Assembly (NCBI GenBank): GCA_964016885.1
Contig: OZ024742.1
Span: 12,958,001-13,022,000, forward strand
Origin: Eledone cirrhosa
Lineage: Eukaryota
Direction of reading: 5' to 3'
DNA: 64,000 nucleotides
Shown here: positions 29,252-42,984 of the stretch, piece after piece
How the letters are laid out: every line of letters starts with the position of its first letter
Position numbering within the stretch: position 1 is the first letter of the stretch
Position numbers and translations under genes: made by a program
Notes under the pieces: generated by a model
What the model was told of the DNA's origin: nothing
The model's database searches: none
Seen by the model: only the letters and a program-made list of their open reading frames with translations

Positions 29252-29556
29252 TATATATATATATATATATGGTATATATGTAACCATATATATATATATA
29301 TATAAATGAAAGGTATAGAAAACACTGCAGCGAAAAGCGAACAGCATTCCATAATATATAAGTGACTATAGCGTCAAAATGGGAAAAATCGTTAACGTAA
29401 GATGTGGGAAAAATAATTTAAACTCATCTCAAAGAGAATCAGGATATAAATTCATCCACAGAATTTAGTGAAATCCAGGGAAAAATCAATAGAGCCTTAA
29501 TTCATGATAAAATAAAGTTCAAAATACTTATCCTTCAATTTGGAAAAACTTCAAAT

Positions 29557-29635
29557 GCTCTGTATAGTCTTAAAGACTATTTCATGAAAACTTTCAGTGG
29601 AGATGGTCACGGTTGGAATTCATCATCAGCAGAGC
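29557..29635 (-). ncRNA. Canonical type-I hammerhead ribozyme
   Basis: Reverse complement: gctctg-CTGATGA-tgaa..ttcat-GAAA-tagtc.tttaa.gacta-TA-cagagc. Confidence 0.88.
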
Positions 29636-30183
29636 TCAACTCGATAACCAGGATTCTCACAGATTTATATGCCAAAAAGCGAATTCTAAAGCTGGCCAGT
29701 TCAACATCATGCGTGATTATGAAAAACGCACATGACGAAATACATGGCTATTGACGTCAGAATGAGACGAATGTTTGTTTACAAGAAACAGCAGTCAAAA
29801 ACATTCCGAAAAAAACTCTACAGTAAGGAGTTCAGCAAAATGCAATATTATCGCAGTTTTTTATTAAAAAAACCGGGATTAGTCACAAATAATTTAAGCA
29901 CTCGAGGAAAAAATCCGAGTATAAATATATAAATGAAAGGTATAGAAAACACTGCAGCGAAAAGCGAACAGCATTCCATAATATATAAGTGACTATAGCG
30001 TCAAAATGGGAAAAATAGTTAACGTAAGATGTGGGAAAAATAATTTAAACTCATCTCAAAGAGAATCAGGATATAAATTCATCCACAGAAATTAGTGAAA
30101 TCCAGGGAAAAATCAATAGAGCCTTAACTCATGATAATATAAAGTTCAAAATACTTATCCTTCAATTTGGAAAAACTTCAAAT

Positions 30184-30262
30184 GCTCTGTATAGTCTCAA
30201 AGACTATTTCATGAAAACTTTCAGTGGGGATGGTCACGGTTGGAACTCATCATCAGCAGAGC
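30184..30262 (-). ncRNA. Canonical type-I hammerhead ribozyme (second copy)
   Basis: Same fold as 29557-29635. Confidence 0.88.
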
Positions 30263-30277
30263 TCAACTCGATAACCA

Positions 30278-30336
<59 letters not shown>

Positions 30337-30570
30337 TAAGAGGAATTCCAACTTTGTCTGATTTACTCGTTTTATTTACAATCCTTTAAAATATATAATG
30401 GTATTATAATGAAATAGTATGATAGAATATTAAATTCTAAGTGTTAATTGAACAAGTACTTTCATGCTTTCGCAATCTTCAGGTTCATAATATGTGATGA
30501 CAGTCGAGTTTGCAATTTTCAGCTGAGTTTGCAATATACACCCGTGTATATTTACCTATCTATATCTCTC

Positions 30571-30603
<33 letters not shown>

Positions 30604-30737
30604 GTTTTAAATATGTATATGTATATATATATATCTGCGTGTATGTGTGTGTTATGACATAAAGATGACGTAGATGATGTATATAAATAATATCAGAATA
30701 GTGTGGTGGGGATGTTAAGCAAAGGAAGACGTGTATA

Positions 30738-30821
<84 letters not shown>

Positions 30822-31129
30822 TACACACACACACACACACACACACATACATACACATACTAACCCACATACACACACAGGAGAGAGATATGAATTTATA
30901 GAGTTGATAAGAAGGAACATATTGTACAGTCGTTTGTGACGTATAGTAAATAATAGGGAGATGTGTAGAGACACACACATACATGTACACACACACACAC
31001 ACACACTCTCTGACTCACAGATACACACATGCGCTCACGCCCAGATACACACACTCTCTCTCACACACACACACACACACACTCTGACTCACATATATAC
31101 ACACTCTCTCACGTACAGATACACACACA

Positions 31130-31169
<40 letters not shown>

Positions 31170-31218
31170 TGCACACACTCTCTCTCTCACACACACACAC
31201 ACAGATACACACAAAGAT

Positions 31219-31249
<31 letters not shown>

Positions 31250-31460
31250 CGCGCTCTCACACGCACTCACATACAGACACATACAGATGCACACACACAC
31301 TCAGACACACCCAGACTCACAGATACTCATGCACACACTCTCTCACACACCTACATACACACTCACACACACACACCCACGCGCTCATATACACTCACAC
31401 ATACATACACATAAACATATTTCATATATATTGATTAACCTATATATCGAACATATCTTA

Positions 31461-31595
31461 CGAGGGTCGGCTGAAAAGTAAGAATAAATGCAGTTATTTA
31501 TAAAAAAAGTTAGATTAATGCATAGAAGATTTCACAGCTCTAGCATCACTCCTTTATTGTCACAGTCAGCCTATGAACTTTGCAGGTCACCCTTG
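31461..31595. mobile_element. Tc1/mariner-type MITE
   Basis: TA|CGAGGGTCGGCTGAAAAGT left TIR, degenerate right TIR; related to 58398-58611. Confidence 0.6.
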
Positions 31596-31721
31596 TGTGT
31601 ATATACAGGGTATACATACTGGGTATATATACAGGGTGTCCAAAAAATGAATGCAAACTTCCACAGCATTCTAATATATATGTGTATACATTCTTTGTGG
31701 ACCCCCACACACACACCCTTT

Positions 31722-31778
<57 letters not shown>

Positions 31779-31921
31779 GCATGTATAATCGCTTCAATAA
31801 TGCATATGTAGGTATATAAGTGACATTGTAACATTATATGTAAGTATATACATATATATCTATACCTATATATCTATCTATCTATCTATCTATCTGTACA
31901 CACACACACACACACACACAA

Positions 31922-31987
<66 letters not shown>

Positions 31988-32729
31988 GTGGGTCAGCAAC
32001 AAGTTCATAGTCTGACCAAGATACTCTCATGGAATGACCAAATGAGGTTTATTTTTCAACATAATCCCTGGAAAGAAACAATGCACTTATTAATATATGT
32101 ATTATATGTAACAAAATGGCGTTGAAATTGTATTTTATATGAGCTTTACAAATATTATTTAATAAGTATACATGATCTACCTTGGAGGATAGAAATAAAT
32201 AATATTACCTCAACTTACGTTAATAGCGTTCGTGTAACTCGAGTAACTACTAGGAAGAGATAGAAAATTGGAAGGTTAATATATTACGATCACTATGTTA
32301 CATATAATATATATTTAATACACACCTTGTCTATATTTAAATGCATTATTCTACTATATACTTACCATTCTCATATTCGTTAAATAGAGTTCGCTCGTAT
32401 ACATAACATTCTTGAAAATATACATACATATGCTGTTATTATATATCAGTTCAGTTTTATGTAGATCGCTATGGGAAGATTCTGGTATCGATTTTGGTTG
32501 TCTTGTTAACTCATTTTCGTAAAGGTAACATCATATGAACTATAACTATAACACTTAGTGTACTTGTGTAATCAGATCTCTACCATCACAGAAAATATTT
32601 CAAATTTATCGACATTAAATAATTTTCTAGTCTCTATTGTATTATTACATCAGTTCCTGCTGAACGTTCTAGAAACAATGAAACGCAATTGCTCCAAGAT
32701 ATTGTTTAGAATGTGTTTTGTCCTGAAGA

Positions 32730-32779
<50 letters not shown>

Positions 32780-32933
32780 ATATTATTTATAGTTATGTAT
32801 ATACAATGTATATACATGTATATACTATATACAACTATAAACAGGAAAGGTCAGTAATTTATTACTACCTTATTATCAGTAAGAAAAATAGCTCAATGCA
32901 AATACATCAGATGTTTTACAGAGACGGAATATA

Positions 32934-33713
32934 AATTACACAATAATCAAAGCTATGTTCAAATCATTTTATTGCTGACAATCGTTTCTTCCAAACGTTC
33001 GTTTGGAATCATCGAAGCACTAGCAATGTTTGTACATATAATTAACCTCCTATTCAACTGAACAATCATATAGATACATGGATATTAATGTTGTCAACAA
33101 CAGTTTCGTATTTACAGAGTAGAATGGATGCGACATAGATTTCAAGAGAATTGCACAATAATTAAAATTAAAAATTAAAAGTTAAAAATTAAAAATTAAA
33201 AGGCACAGAGTGGAATGCATGCGACAGAGATTAGTATAACAATTAGAGAGGCATTAAGGTAGAAAGTTACTCGTAAAACGAGGACACTAGCAGTACATAT
33301 GCAAGCGTATAGAGAGTGTAAATGCAATAGGCATATACAGGAAGGAAACAGGCAATGGTATTAGGCATATATAATTTCTGCAAGGCAAAGGTATCACATA
33401 AAACAACATATGTTTACAAGCATATCAGGCAGGCAAAGCTGTTTTTGTATTAAAATTATGGGTTTAAGGTGGATGTAGTGTGATGGTTGTTTCTGTAATG
33501 TTCAAATGTTTAAGTGCTGAGAGTATCAATGTTATTGCTATCTTTTCCATCACATTAGTTATGTTTTATTTTAGTGAATGTTTTTAATCAGTCACAGCCA
33601 TGGATTGTACACCGGTCCTAAGAAACGATTGTCAGCAATAAAATGATTTGAACATAGCTATCTTTGATTATTGTGTAATTTTTCATTTTGTAAAAAAAAC
33701 CTCACTTTCTAAT
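32934..33713. mobile_element. Asymmetric fold-back with degenerate HHR (32973-33019, -)
   Basis: 32934-32990 inverts 33620-33680. Reverse complement: tgct-TCGATGA-ttccaaac..gtttggaa-GAAA-cgattg-TC-agca. Confidence 0.75.
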
Positions 33714-34117
33714 ATATATATAATAAAATGAAGAATTAGCAATAGAAGCCAGGACTATCCATCATCAGTGGTCTACTAGCCATCATAGGTATTTCTTCGC
33801 ATTACAGCCTATATACCTCAAGCTAGGGCGATACAATAACTAAATTAAGTTATTGGGATAAAAAGAGTTGGGTGGAGAAAGAGAGACAGGTAAATAAACA
33901 CGAATGGTGAGGCAACGTAAAGAGAGGAAAAAGATGTTTTTTTACTGTGAACTTAGTGAAACAAGCCGGGAATATAACCCACCACACACACACACACACA
34001 CATACGATAAATGGCATAGTCCAGGTTTGCGTATCAAGGTGTTTATACACCCAACTTATTGTAGCAGTTTATTATAAGCTAACATATTTTCAAAGAATAA
34101 GAAGAGTTGAAATTAAT

Positions 34118-34305
34118 TGTTTCTAATTTTGGCACAAGGCCAGCAATTATTCAGTGCATTACTGGTACTTTATTTTATCGACCCCGTAAGGATGAAACGC
34201 AAAGTTAACCTCGGCGGGATTTGAACTCAGAATGGCAAGGATCGTAACTCTATGCGTCAAAGCATGGCGTCCGACCCTCTACCGATACTGCCAGTCCACC
34301 GCCTT
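34118..34305 (-). mobile_element. tRNA-derived SINE (Meta/MESC-like core) with ~19-bp TSD
   Basis: TSD aagaagagttgaaattaat at 34099 and 34309. Confidence 0.85.
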
Positions 34306-35178
34306 AGAAAGAAGAGTTGAAATTAATGCATGCAACATTTCACAGCTCTAGCATCTCTCCTTCATAGACTGACCAAGAAACTCTCATGAAATGACCAAAT
34401 GAGATTTATTTTTCAACATAGTCCCTGGAAAGAGACAATGCAGTTATTAATCATAGGAATTGAAATTACTGCATGCAAGATTTCACAGCTCTAACATCAC
34501 TCCTTCATGTGCTGACCAAGACAATTTCATGGAATGACCAAATGAGGTTTATTATTCAACATAGTCCCTGGAAAGAGACAATGCAATTATTAATAATAGT
34601 AATTGAAATTAATGCATGCAAGATTTCACAGTTCTAGCATCACTCCTTCATATTAAGCCTATAAAATGTTCAGCCGACCCTCTTATAAAGAATCTTTAAG
34701 CTGTGGCCCTCTCACCTTTTTTTTTGTTGCTTTTGAACATTATATGTTGCATAATTCTTCTTTTCAAAAATTATTTTGGGGTTTGAGGAAGATTCGGCGG
34801 CTATTTCTAGCACATGTGTGACCACGAAGACATTTCGTAATTTACACAGAGTTAGCTGTGTGAAATAACAGTGATATCAGATTGAACAGATGTATGGAAG
34901 GGCTAGGGGTTAATTAGGTGACACAAGGTGCAGTTGAATCAAAAGTAGATATAACACCTCTTGGGTGTTCTGCTCCCTACTTACATGTCCCTTAATACTT
35001 AGACACGAATATGACTTAGGTTGCAACATGTAGTATCTGCACTTTAACAAATTAAAGGAATTACTACAATGTAATGACCCCATTAATTATATTAATCTAA
35101 CGACCGAAATACTACATTTATAGAAACTGTTTTTTCTAATCGTGGCAAGATATAAAAACTTCTGGTATGGACATAGCA

Positions 35179-36835
35179 CAGTGGTGGCAAACCTTTTGAA
35201 ACTAGTGTTGAAATTTTAATTTTTCTAAATAATCTTGTTAGTTTTGTCTCAGTTACAGATCGTTTTCGCCTCTAGAGAAGTCCCCAATTTTTTTTATGTA
35301 TTTTATAAAACTTGGAAGTTTTATAGAAAATATGACCTGAAACTTAAATATGTAGTTATATTTATAAAACTTGGAATTTAAACAAAAACAGCAACTTTAA
35401 GTTTAATAGTTATTTATATTTATAAGATTTGGAATTTAAAAAACAACAACTTTAAAAAAACTTTGAATTTAAATATGTAGTTCTATTTATAAAAGTTGGA
35501 ATTTAAATATGTAGTTCTATTTATAAAAGTTGGAATTTAAATATGTAGTTCTATTTATAAAAGTTGGAATTTAAATATGTAGTTATCTATTTATTAATTT
35601 GAAGAACGTCAGTATTCCGTGTGTCATAATTCTTGATTATCATTGGTTCATAGGTTTCAAACGACTCCGCTCACCTCAACGACGTCAAACTGAAATTAAT
35701 ATGCATAATGCCAATGAGGGAGTGAGAGGGGAGAGTGTGAACGCTGTGTTCAATAACTATTAACATGTGTGCGTGTGTATGTACGTGCGCGTATGTTTAT
35801 GTGTGTGTGCGTGCGTGCAGCGTTCCACAGAAAGTAAAAACTATCAACATGTGTGAGTGTGTGCGTGTGTAAGTTTGCGTGCGTGCGCGCGATTCCATGT
35901 GTGTATGTGTGTGGCGTTCCACAATCGCCACGCAGTTTATTATTCTGTGTGCCTGTCTGTTAGTCTAACATACACAGAGTTGTGAAGGGAGTAAATAGGG
36001 ACCTTTCTTTACATTGACGGACATCTTTTATATTTATTATTGTGTCATTTTTTGACAATTGCTCGAAATGAATACTGATAATAAAAGCAATTCGACTTTA
36101 CCAAACAGTGAACTACAGCAGCGACGGCGTGCAGCCAGGAATGAAGAAAAACGGGCCGAACAGCGCCATCGGAACGCCGAACTTCAGAGGCGAAGACTTG
36201 CCGCCATGAATGTAGAGGAGCTGGCTGAACAACGCCAACGAAACACTGGAGCCAAGCAGCGACGGCGTGCTGCGATGGTTGAAGACGAACTGGCTGAGCA
36301 TCATCTTTTATATTAATTATCTATATCTACATATAATATAAAAGATTGGAACTTCCATCATCCTTTTGAGAAACGTGGAACAACTACGTCTATGTAATGA
36401 TACACGTTTTACAGTCAGGCAGAAGATGAACCATCTCCTAGAGGTCACTATTCTAGGTGGGAGCACCTAGAATTGTTCATATACTATGCACAAACGGTAC
36501 AACGAAGAATCTGGTATATCTGGAAGATTTCTTTTACTGTTTTTTGTATCACACAGACACCACGGACTCGCCTCATACTGTAACCAGACAAACATCCAAT
36601 ACAGTCATTTTCTCTTTTACCTGTCTTCTCTTATCATCTGTTTACCCGGGCGAAGCTGGGTACGTCAGCTAGTATTTATAAAAGTTGGAATTTAAATATG
36701 TAGTTCTAAATCTTGGATAATAAAATATAAAAAGCTTACCTTCACATTAATGACATGTTTTAATGTCCATCGTGTGTCACCTAATAACCCACAGCGTTTC
36801 TCCACTGACACGTGTATCAGTGATTCACGTCACTG
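35179..36835. mobile_element. Probable hAT-type MITE with internal ~31-bp tandem repeats
   Basis: CAGTGGTGGCAAACC ... GATTCACGTCACTG termini; repeat tttaaatatgtagttctatttataaaagttggaa; TSD not clean. Confidence 0.5.
35586..36672 (+). mobile_element. Non-autonomous Helitron with Rep/helicase remnants
   Basis: A|TC start; cccgg-gcgaag-ctggg hairpin plus CTAG|T; KIGTSIILLRN..LCNDTR and GTTKNLVY helicase-like remnants; R/E/Q-rich segment at 36059-36316. Confidence 0.85.
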
Positions 36836-37734
36836 ATGTACAATACATATAATAAATCAGAAATGTCATAGTTATTAACAATAAAAACGAAATATATTGA
36901 TCTCATGAGGTCTTAGATTTATGATTGATTTAGTGACATAGCAAGTGTATATATATACACGTAGACCATACTAACATATACACACATTAGAAACTCAGCA
37001 TACACACACATATGGGAGTGTAGATGTATGAGTGTGTATATGTGTGTATGTGTGTATATGTGTGTGTATATGTGTGTATGTGTGTATACATTATGTGTGT
37101 GTATATGTGTGTATGTGTGTATACATTATGTGTGTGTATATGTATGCCCGTATGAATGTATCTGTTGAGAGTCTATGTGAATGTGTGTGTTTATTTGTGA
37201 GCATACGTATGTGTGTGTGAGTGAATGTGTGTACACGACTATATATGCGTGTGTGTGAGATAGAGAGACAGTGTGTGTACGTGTTTGTTCATATGTAGGT
37301 TGATATGTGTGTAAAATCATTGTGAAATTTAAACTATACATATCTTTAGTTTTGTATATTATCGAATTAAACTGTAAAAATGTATGTAAAAGAAAGATTT
37401 TATTGCTTTTAAGATAGAGTTATTGTTGTTAATATTTAATATGTATGGACAGATAACTCCTGATGGAGTCGTTGGACACTTTAAAGATGGCGGAACCCAT
37501 CCCTGGTGGAATCACCAGGTTTGAACACAACTACTTTTTCCAGAGAAAGAGAAGGAAAGGAGGAGATAGAGAGGAAATGAGAAAGTGATATAGAGGAAGG
37601 AATAAGCCCAATACTTGACAGCTTTCAATACACCAATGTGCACACAAACTGTTGTTAATTTCTTCAGTTCTAGCCATACACTGTATATAATATATACACA
37701 TTATATACATATTATATAGCGCGGTGAATTGACA

Positions 37735-39372
37735 GTATCGGAACTCCATGCCAGGCTTTTTGAGTGGTTTATCCCCGCTATTATCTGTGTTTTAAGTCTC
37801 AGGTATCCATGCACCACTTTTTCTGTAAATTGGTCAATTTTTTCATCTTGTTTGAACATTGAATAGGATCTTCCGATTTCTCTGGGTGAGAGATTTATAT
37901 CAGGCTTTATTTCATATCTCTCCTCCAGATCAGTGGCTATTCTAATGATATATTTTTTCATACTCATAAACCTGGGCAAGATGGTTGCCAACCTTTTTCC
38001 TCTGTTGAGGGTGTTGCTTCAGTGTTACTACCCGGGTCTCATATGATGTTAATATGGATTTTAGACCCCGGTCACCTTCCCGGTCACCATTGATGTTAAA
38101 GTTCCCAGTAACACTGAGAAGTTTGCGAGTTCTAACATCCATCTCACTTAGTTCTTGCAATGACCAGTTCAGCAGGCCAAATGTTGGCGTTAGAATTGGC
38201 ACAGCATAGGTATTGTGGGCAATGTATTTGTTGTACGCTGACAGTTCTGATGACCATATTTTCTTTACTCTTCTGAGGTATTCAGTTCTGGTTCTCTCCT
38301 TATTTATGGATCCATCATATATGATATTCTCATCCTGTCCAAGATATCTGTAGTTGTCACCTGACTGTAGAGGTTGTATTGTCAGGCCGTTCATCTCTAG
38401 ATTTCTAGAGGAGGGCACAGCTCTTCCACGTTTTACTGCCAAATATGCACACTTGGACTCACCAAATTTCAGTTTGATGTCTGTTGAAAATTGTGTAATG
38501 AGGTCCAATTGTTTCTTGATGTCATTGATATTTGGCCCATACAACTTCAGGTCATCAACAAAGAATAGATGGGCGATACTTCTGGACCCACTTCTTTATC
38601 CACCTTGTTTCCTGAGTAGGTAAGATAGTGGATTTAGTGAGAGTACGAAGAGTAGCACTGACAAGCTATCACCCTGAAAGATGCCCTTCTGGTAATGTAT
38701 CTTATCCGTCTTAACTTGCTCCTTCTCACCTCTAAGGATCAAATTGGTGTACCAGTTCTTGGTCAGACGTTCAACAGCAGCTACCAGTGGTTGTGGGACT
38801 TTGGCTAACTGTAAAGCCTTAATAATCCACCCATGAGGTACACTATCAAATGCTTTTTGATAGTCCAGACACACCACAGTCATGTTTCTGCGATTCTTTG
38901 TTGTTTTTTCTTGAATCATTTTATTAGTTAGTAAGTGATCTATGCAACCCCACACCTCCCTCTTTCCACCAGCTTGCTCAGGTGTTATGATGTTGTTGGT
39001 AGCACAGTGATCATGTAAGAACAGGTTAAGGTACCCAGTATATAATTTATACATGATGTTTTGGCAGGCTATTGGGCGGTAATTTTTAGCAAGGGTCGTT
39101 TGGCTATTTTGGGGGAATGAAGAGAGTAGTGGCAGTTGATAACCAAACTGATTTAGGATCTCTGGCAAACAATCTATTTAGTACTTGTCGTTTATGTGCT
39201 GTTGACTTATATTTTAGTCTTTCTGTTGTAGCTGTGAGTTGTTGTTTCAACTGGTGTAATTTGGAGTTCAAAGTTTTAAATTTTGTATATCCAAATCGTC
39301 TCTCTAACTTTTTTTTTAGGTCTTCCTGGTGTCGTGTGAAGTTGCTCTCTGTGTTGCATTTCATAACGACTG
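37735..39372 (-). pseudogene. R4/Dong-like non-LTR retrotransposon RT fragment
   Basis: NYRPIAC, EQAGG, DYQKAFDSVPH, GIFQGDSLS, FVDD, YRYLG; near-identical to 41460-42870. Confidence 0.88.
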
Positions 39373-39488
39373 CGATGTGTGTATGTATGCGTGTATGTAT
39401 GAATGTATTTATGTATGCGTGTATTTATCTATGTATGTAAGAATGTATGTATGAATGTATGTATGTATGTATGTATGTATGTATGTAT

Positions 39489-40071
39489 GTCAGGTCACCA
39501 GTTTTGTGCTACTGGTAACATGTATCCCAGTACAACCTGTCTCATCGTCGGGTCGTTGGCGACTAAACTGGCAACCCCACCAAGCTTTCTTGGTGAGGAG
39601 GGTGACTTTGGAGATCCAAAGGGCAAAGGAGCTCTTCAGAGTCAATGGCCATCCAAAATCACCGGGAGAGATGACAACTTAGCCTTTGTCAAGGCAGAAT
39701 TCTAGGAGAAGGAAAACTCTGATATAACACCTGCAACCCTGATCGTATCCAATGATGTTGACTTGTTCTTCTTTTTGGTAAATATCATCTTGGTTAAGAG
39801 AGTGGGACTGGCTTTGTGCAGTGCCTTTGCTCACTATAAAAGCTTCACGGCACAGGCATTGCTTTATATCTGGAGACCTCTCTGCACTTGTCGTCACATG
39901 GTACCATGGGCCCAGCACTATGTGTCAATAATTGTCACAAGTGTAGTGTTTGTACCAGAGTTTTCAAGTCGCTGGCTGGACTAAAAAGTCACTCGTTATG
40001 CGCATCGGTAGGGGTTCTTCTACATGGATATAAAGTAGTGGCCGTACTCGAAAACGAGTTGGCAGCCACCA
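39489..40071 (+). mobile_element. RTE-derived non-autonomous element in (TATG)n
   Basis: gtcaggtcac...gagttggcagccacca, with a small internal deletion. Confidence 0.85.
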
Positions 40072-40183
40072 TGTATGTATGTGTGAATGTATGTATGTAT
40101 GTAAGAATGTATGTATGACTGTATGTATATATGTTTTAATGCATGTGTGTATGAATGTTTGTGTGTATGAATGTATGTATATG

Positions 40184-40456
40184 CACCTAGAAAGTTCCCC
40201 TCCGAGGCACAAGTCTCGGGGAGCAGTCGCCCATACATACCAGTCTCTCCACTCCTCGCCACCCATGTTGTCCAAGGGAAAGGCAATGGCCGACACAACT
40301 TGTGATGTAGGACTCATTTCTACAGCTGAGTAAACTGGAGCAACGTGAAATAAAGTGACTTGCTCAAGGACACAACACATCACCCGGTCCGGGAATCGAA
40401 CTCACAACCTCACGATTACAGGCACAACACCCTAACAACAAAGCCATTCACCTTCA
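40184..40456 (-). mobile_element. tRNA-derived SINE
   Basis: Reverse complement: GAGTTCGATTCCC B box, TGTGTCCTTGAGCAAGTCACTTTA..CTCCAGTTTACTCAGCTG. Confidence 0.78.
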
Positions 40457-40773
40457 CTGTGTATACATGTATATAAGTATGTACGTATTTATAAATGAAT
40501 GTATGTATGTGTATGTATGTATGTATGTATTTTTGTATGTATATAAGTGTATGTATGTGTGTATGTATGTAATTATGTATGTATGTATATATGTATGAGT
40601 GTATGTATGTAAGTATGTGTGTATGAAGTATGTATGTATCTATTTATGAGTGTATGTGTGTATATAAGTATGTATATATGCATGCATGTATGTTTTCTCT
40701 TTCTCTTAATTTCGAGTATATTTTTTTGACCGGCCACCTTCCTGGTGGCAAGGTTGTAAAAGAAAAGAAATTG

Positions 40774-42877
40774 TCATCCCTTGAATCGCAAGAATGTTTT
40801 GCAAATTTTGAAGGTGCCAGCTATCGCAGCCATTTGTAGACTATGAATTAGGGAGCTGCGCTTTTTGTCCGCAAATCCAAGTTCAGTCATACTTTGGTCC
40901 AAGCGGGTTGGTATATAACCCGTAGCACCAATAATGATGGGTATGAAGCTAAAGGTGTATCTTGGATACTGGATTTGTAAACTCCTCATCAATGGTCCGT
41001 AGATGTCCTCCTTCTCCTGTATTTTTCTGACAACGTTTACATCAAGTGGGCAGCTGATCTCCACAACAGAACACGTTTTCAATGTGTGGTCCCAAACTAC
41101 AATATCAGGCCGGTTGTGCTTTAATTTGGTGGCAGTTTTTATTTTCAGGTTCCACCAGTATTCCTTAGTGCCATCTGTCTCAATATATTCTTCCTCGTTT
41201 GTTGTTAATTTTGTTTTCCGAAGTGCGTTCCAGATGGTTCTAGCTATCCCATCGTGTCTCATGGGGAGGTAGTAGCGAGATGACATTCTTTCGCAGCTGG
41301 CAACAATGTGGCTTACATCCTCGATCTTTGTTTTACATAGCCTACATTTATTGTCAGCTGCTGGCCCTCCTCTTTTGTGCAGCAGATATTTGGCAGGGAG
41401 TTCTTGTTCTTGTATTGCATAGAGATATCCCTCAAGGTGTGATGTCATAAACTTGTCGGAACTCCATGCCAGGCTTTTTGAGTGGTTTATCCCCTCTATG
41501 GTCTGTGTTTTACGCCTCAAGTATCCATGCACAACTTTTTCTGTAAATTGGTCAATTTTTTTATCTTGTTTGAACATTGAATAGGATCTTCCGATTTCTC
41601 TGGGTGAGAGATTTATATCAGGCTTTATTCCATATCTCTCCTCCAGATCAGTCGCTATTCTAATGATATTTCTTTTTTTCATGGTCATAAACCTGGGCAA
41701 GATGGTTGCCAACCTTTTTCCTCTGTTGAAGGTGTTGCTTCAGTGTCACTATCCGGGTCTCATATGTTGTTAATATTGATTTTAGACCCCGGCCACCTTC
41801 CTTGTGTGAGAAGTATAGCCTATCCACATCACCATTGATGTTAAAGTTCCCAGTAACACTGAGAAGTTTTCGAGTTCTAACATCCATCTCACTTAGTTCT
41901 TGCAATGACCAGTTCAGTAGGCCAAATGTTGGCGTTAGAATTGGCACAGCATAAGTATTGTGGGCAATGTATTTGTTGTATGCTGACAGTTCTGATGACC
42001 ATATTTTCTTTACTCTTCTGAGGTATTCAGTTCTGGTTCTCTCCTTATTTATGGGTCCATCATATCTGACATTCTCATCCTGTCCAAGATATCTGTAGTT
42101 GTCACCTGACTGCAGAGGTTGTATTGTCAGGCCGTTCATCTCTAGATTTCTAGAGGAGGGCACAGCTCTTCCACGTTTTACTGCCAAATATGCACACTTG
42201 GACTCACCAAATTTCATTTTGATGTCGGTTGAAAATTGTGTAATGAGGTCCAATTGTTTCTTGATGTCATTGATATTTGGCCCATACAACTTCAGGTCAT
42301 CAACAAAGAAAAGATGGGAGATACTTCTGGTCCCACTTCTTTGTTCACCTTGTTTCCTGAGTAGGTAAGATAGTGGATTCAGTGAGAGATCGAAGAGTAG
42401 CACTGACAAGCTATCACCCTGAAAGATGCCCTTCTGGTAATGTATCTTATCAGTCTTAACCTGCTCCTTCTCACCTCCAAGGATCAAACTGGTGTACCAG
42501 TTCTTGGTCAGGCGTTCAACAGCAGCTACCAATGGTTGTGGGACTTTAGCTAACTGTAAAGCCTTAACAATCCACCCATGAGGTACACTATCAAATGCTT
42601 TTTGATAGTCCAGCCACACGACAGTCATGTTTCTGCGATTCTTTGTTGTTTTTTTCCTGAATCATTTTGTTAGTTAGTAGGTGATCTATGCAACCCCACA
42701 CCTCCCTCTTTCCACCAGCTTGCTCAGGTGTTATGATGTTGTTGGTAGCACAGTGATCCTGCAAGAACAGGTTAAGGCACCCAGTATATAATTTATACAT
42801 GATGTTTTGGCAGGCAATTGGGCGGTAATTTTTAGCAAGGGTGGTTTGGCTATTTTGGGGAATGAGGAGAGTAGAGG
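40774..42877 (-). pseudogene. R4/Dong-like LINE: RT, CCHC knuckle and restriction-like endonuclease, frameshifted
   Basis: FFVDD; CRLC..EDVSHIVASC; RHD; NRPDIVVWD..VVEISCP..KEDIY. Confidence 0.9.
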
Positions 42878-42984
42878 CAGTTTAGTCGCCAATGACCCGA
42901 CCATGAGACAGGTTGTACTGGGATACATATTACCAGTAGCACCAACTAGTGACCTGACATGTATGTATGTATGTATGTATGTAT

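Larger units (their letters stand above)
29304..30280 (-). mobile_element. Retrozyme-like element: two 350-bp direct repeats (period 627), each with an HHR
   Basis: 29304-29653 repeats at 29931-30280; (TA)n flanks; no credible ORF. Confidence 0.88.
31987..34683. mobile_element. Mariner-type MITE split by later insertions, with ~121-bp internal tandem amplification (34310-34660)
   Basis: Left part 31987-32095 and right part from about 34096 join to match the intact copy at 58398. Confidence 0.55.

Noticed and set aside
36059-36316. Host coiled-coil gene exon
   Set aside because: It lies within Helitron termini and resembles Rep-associated repeats.
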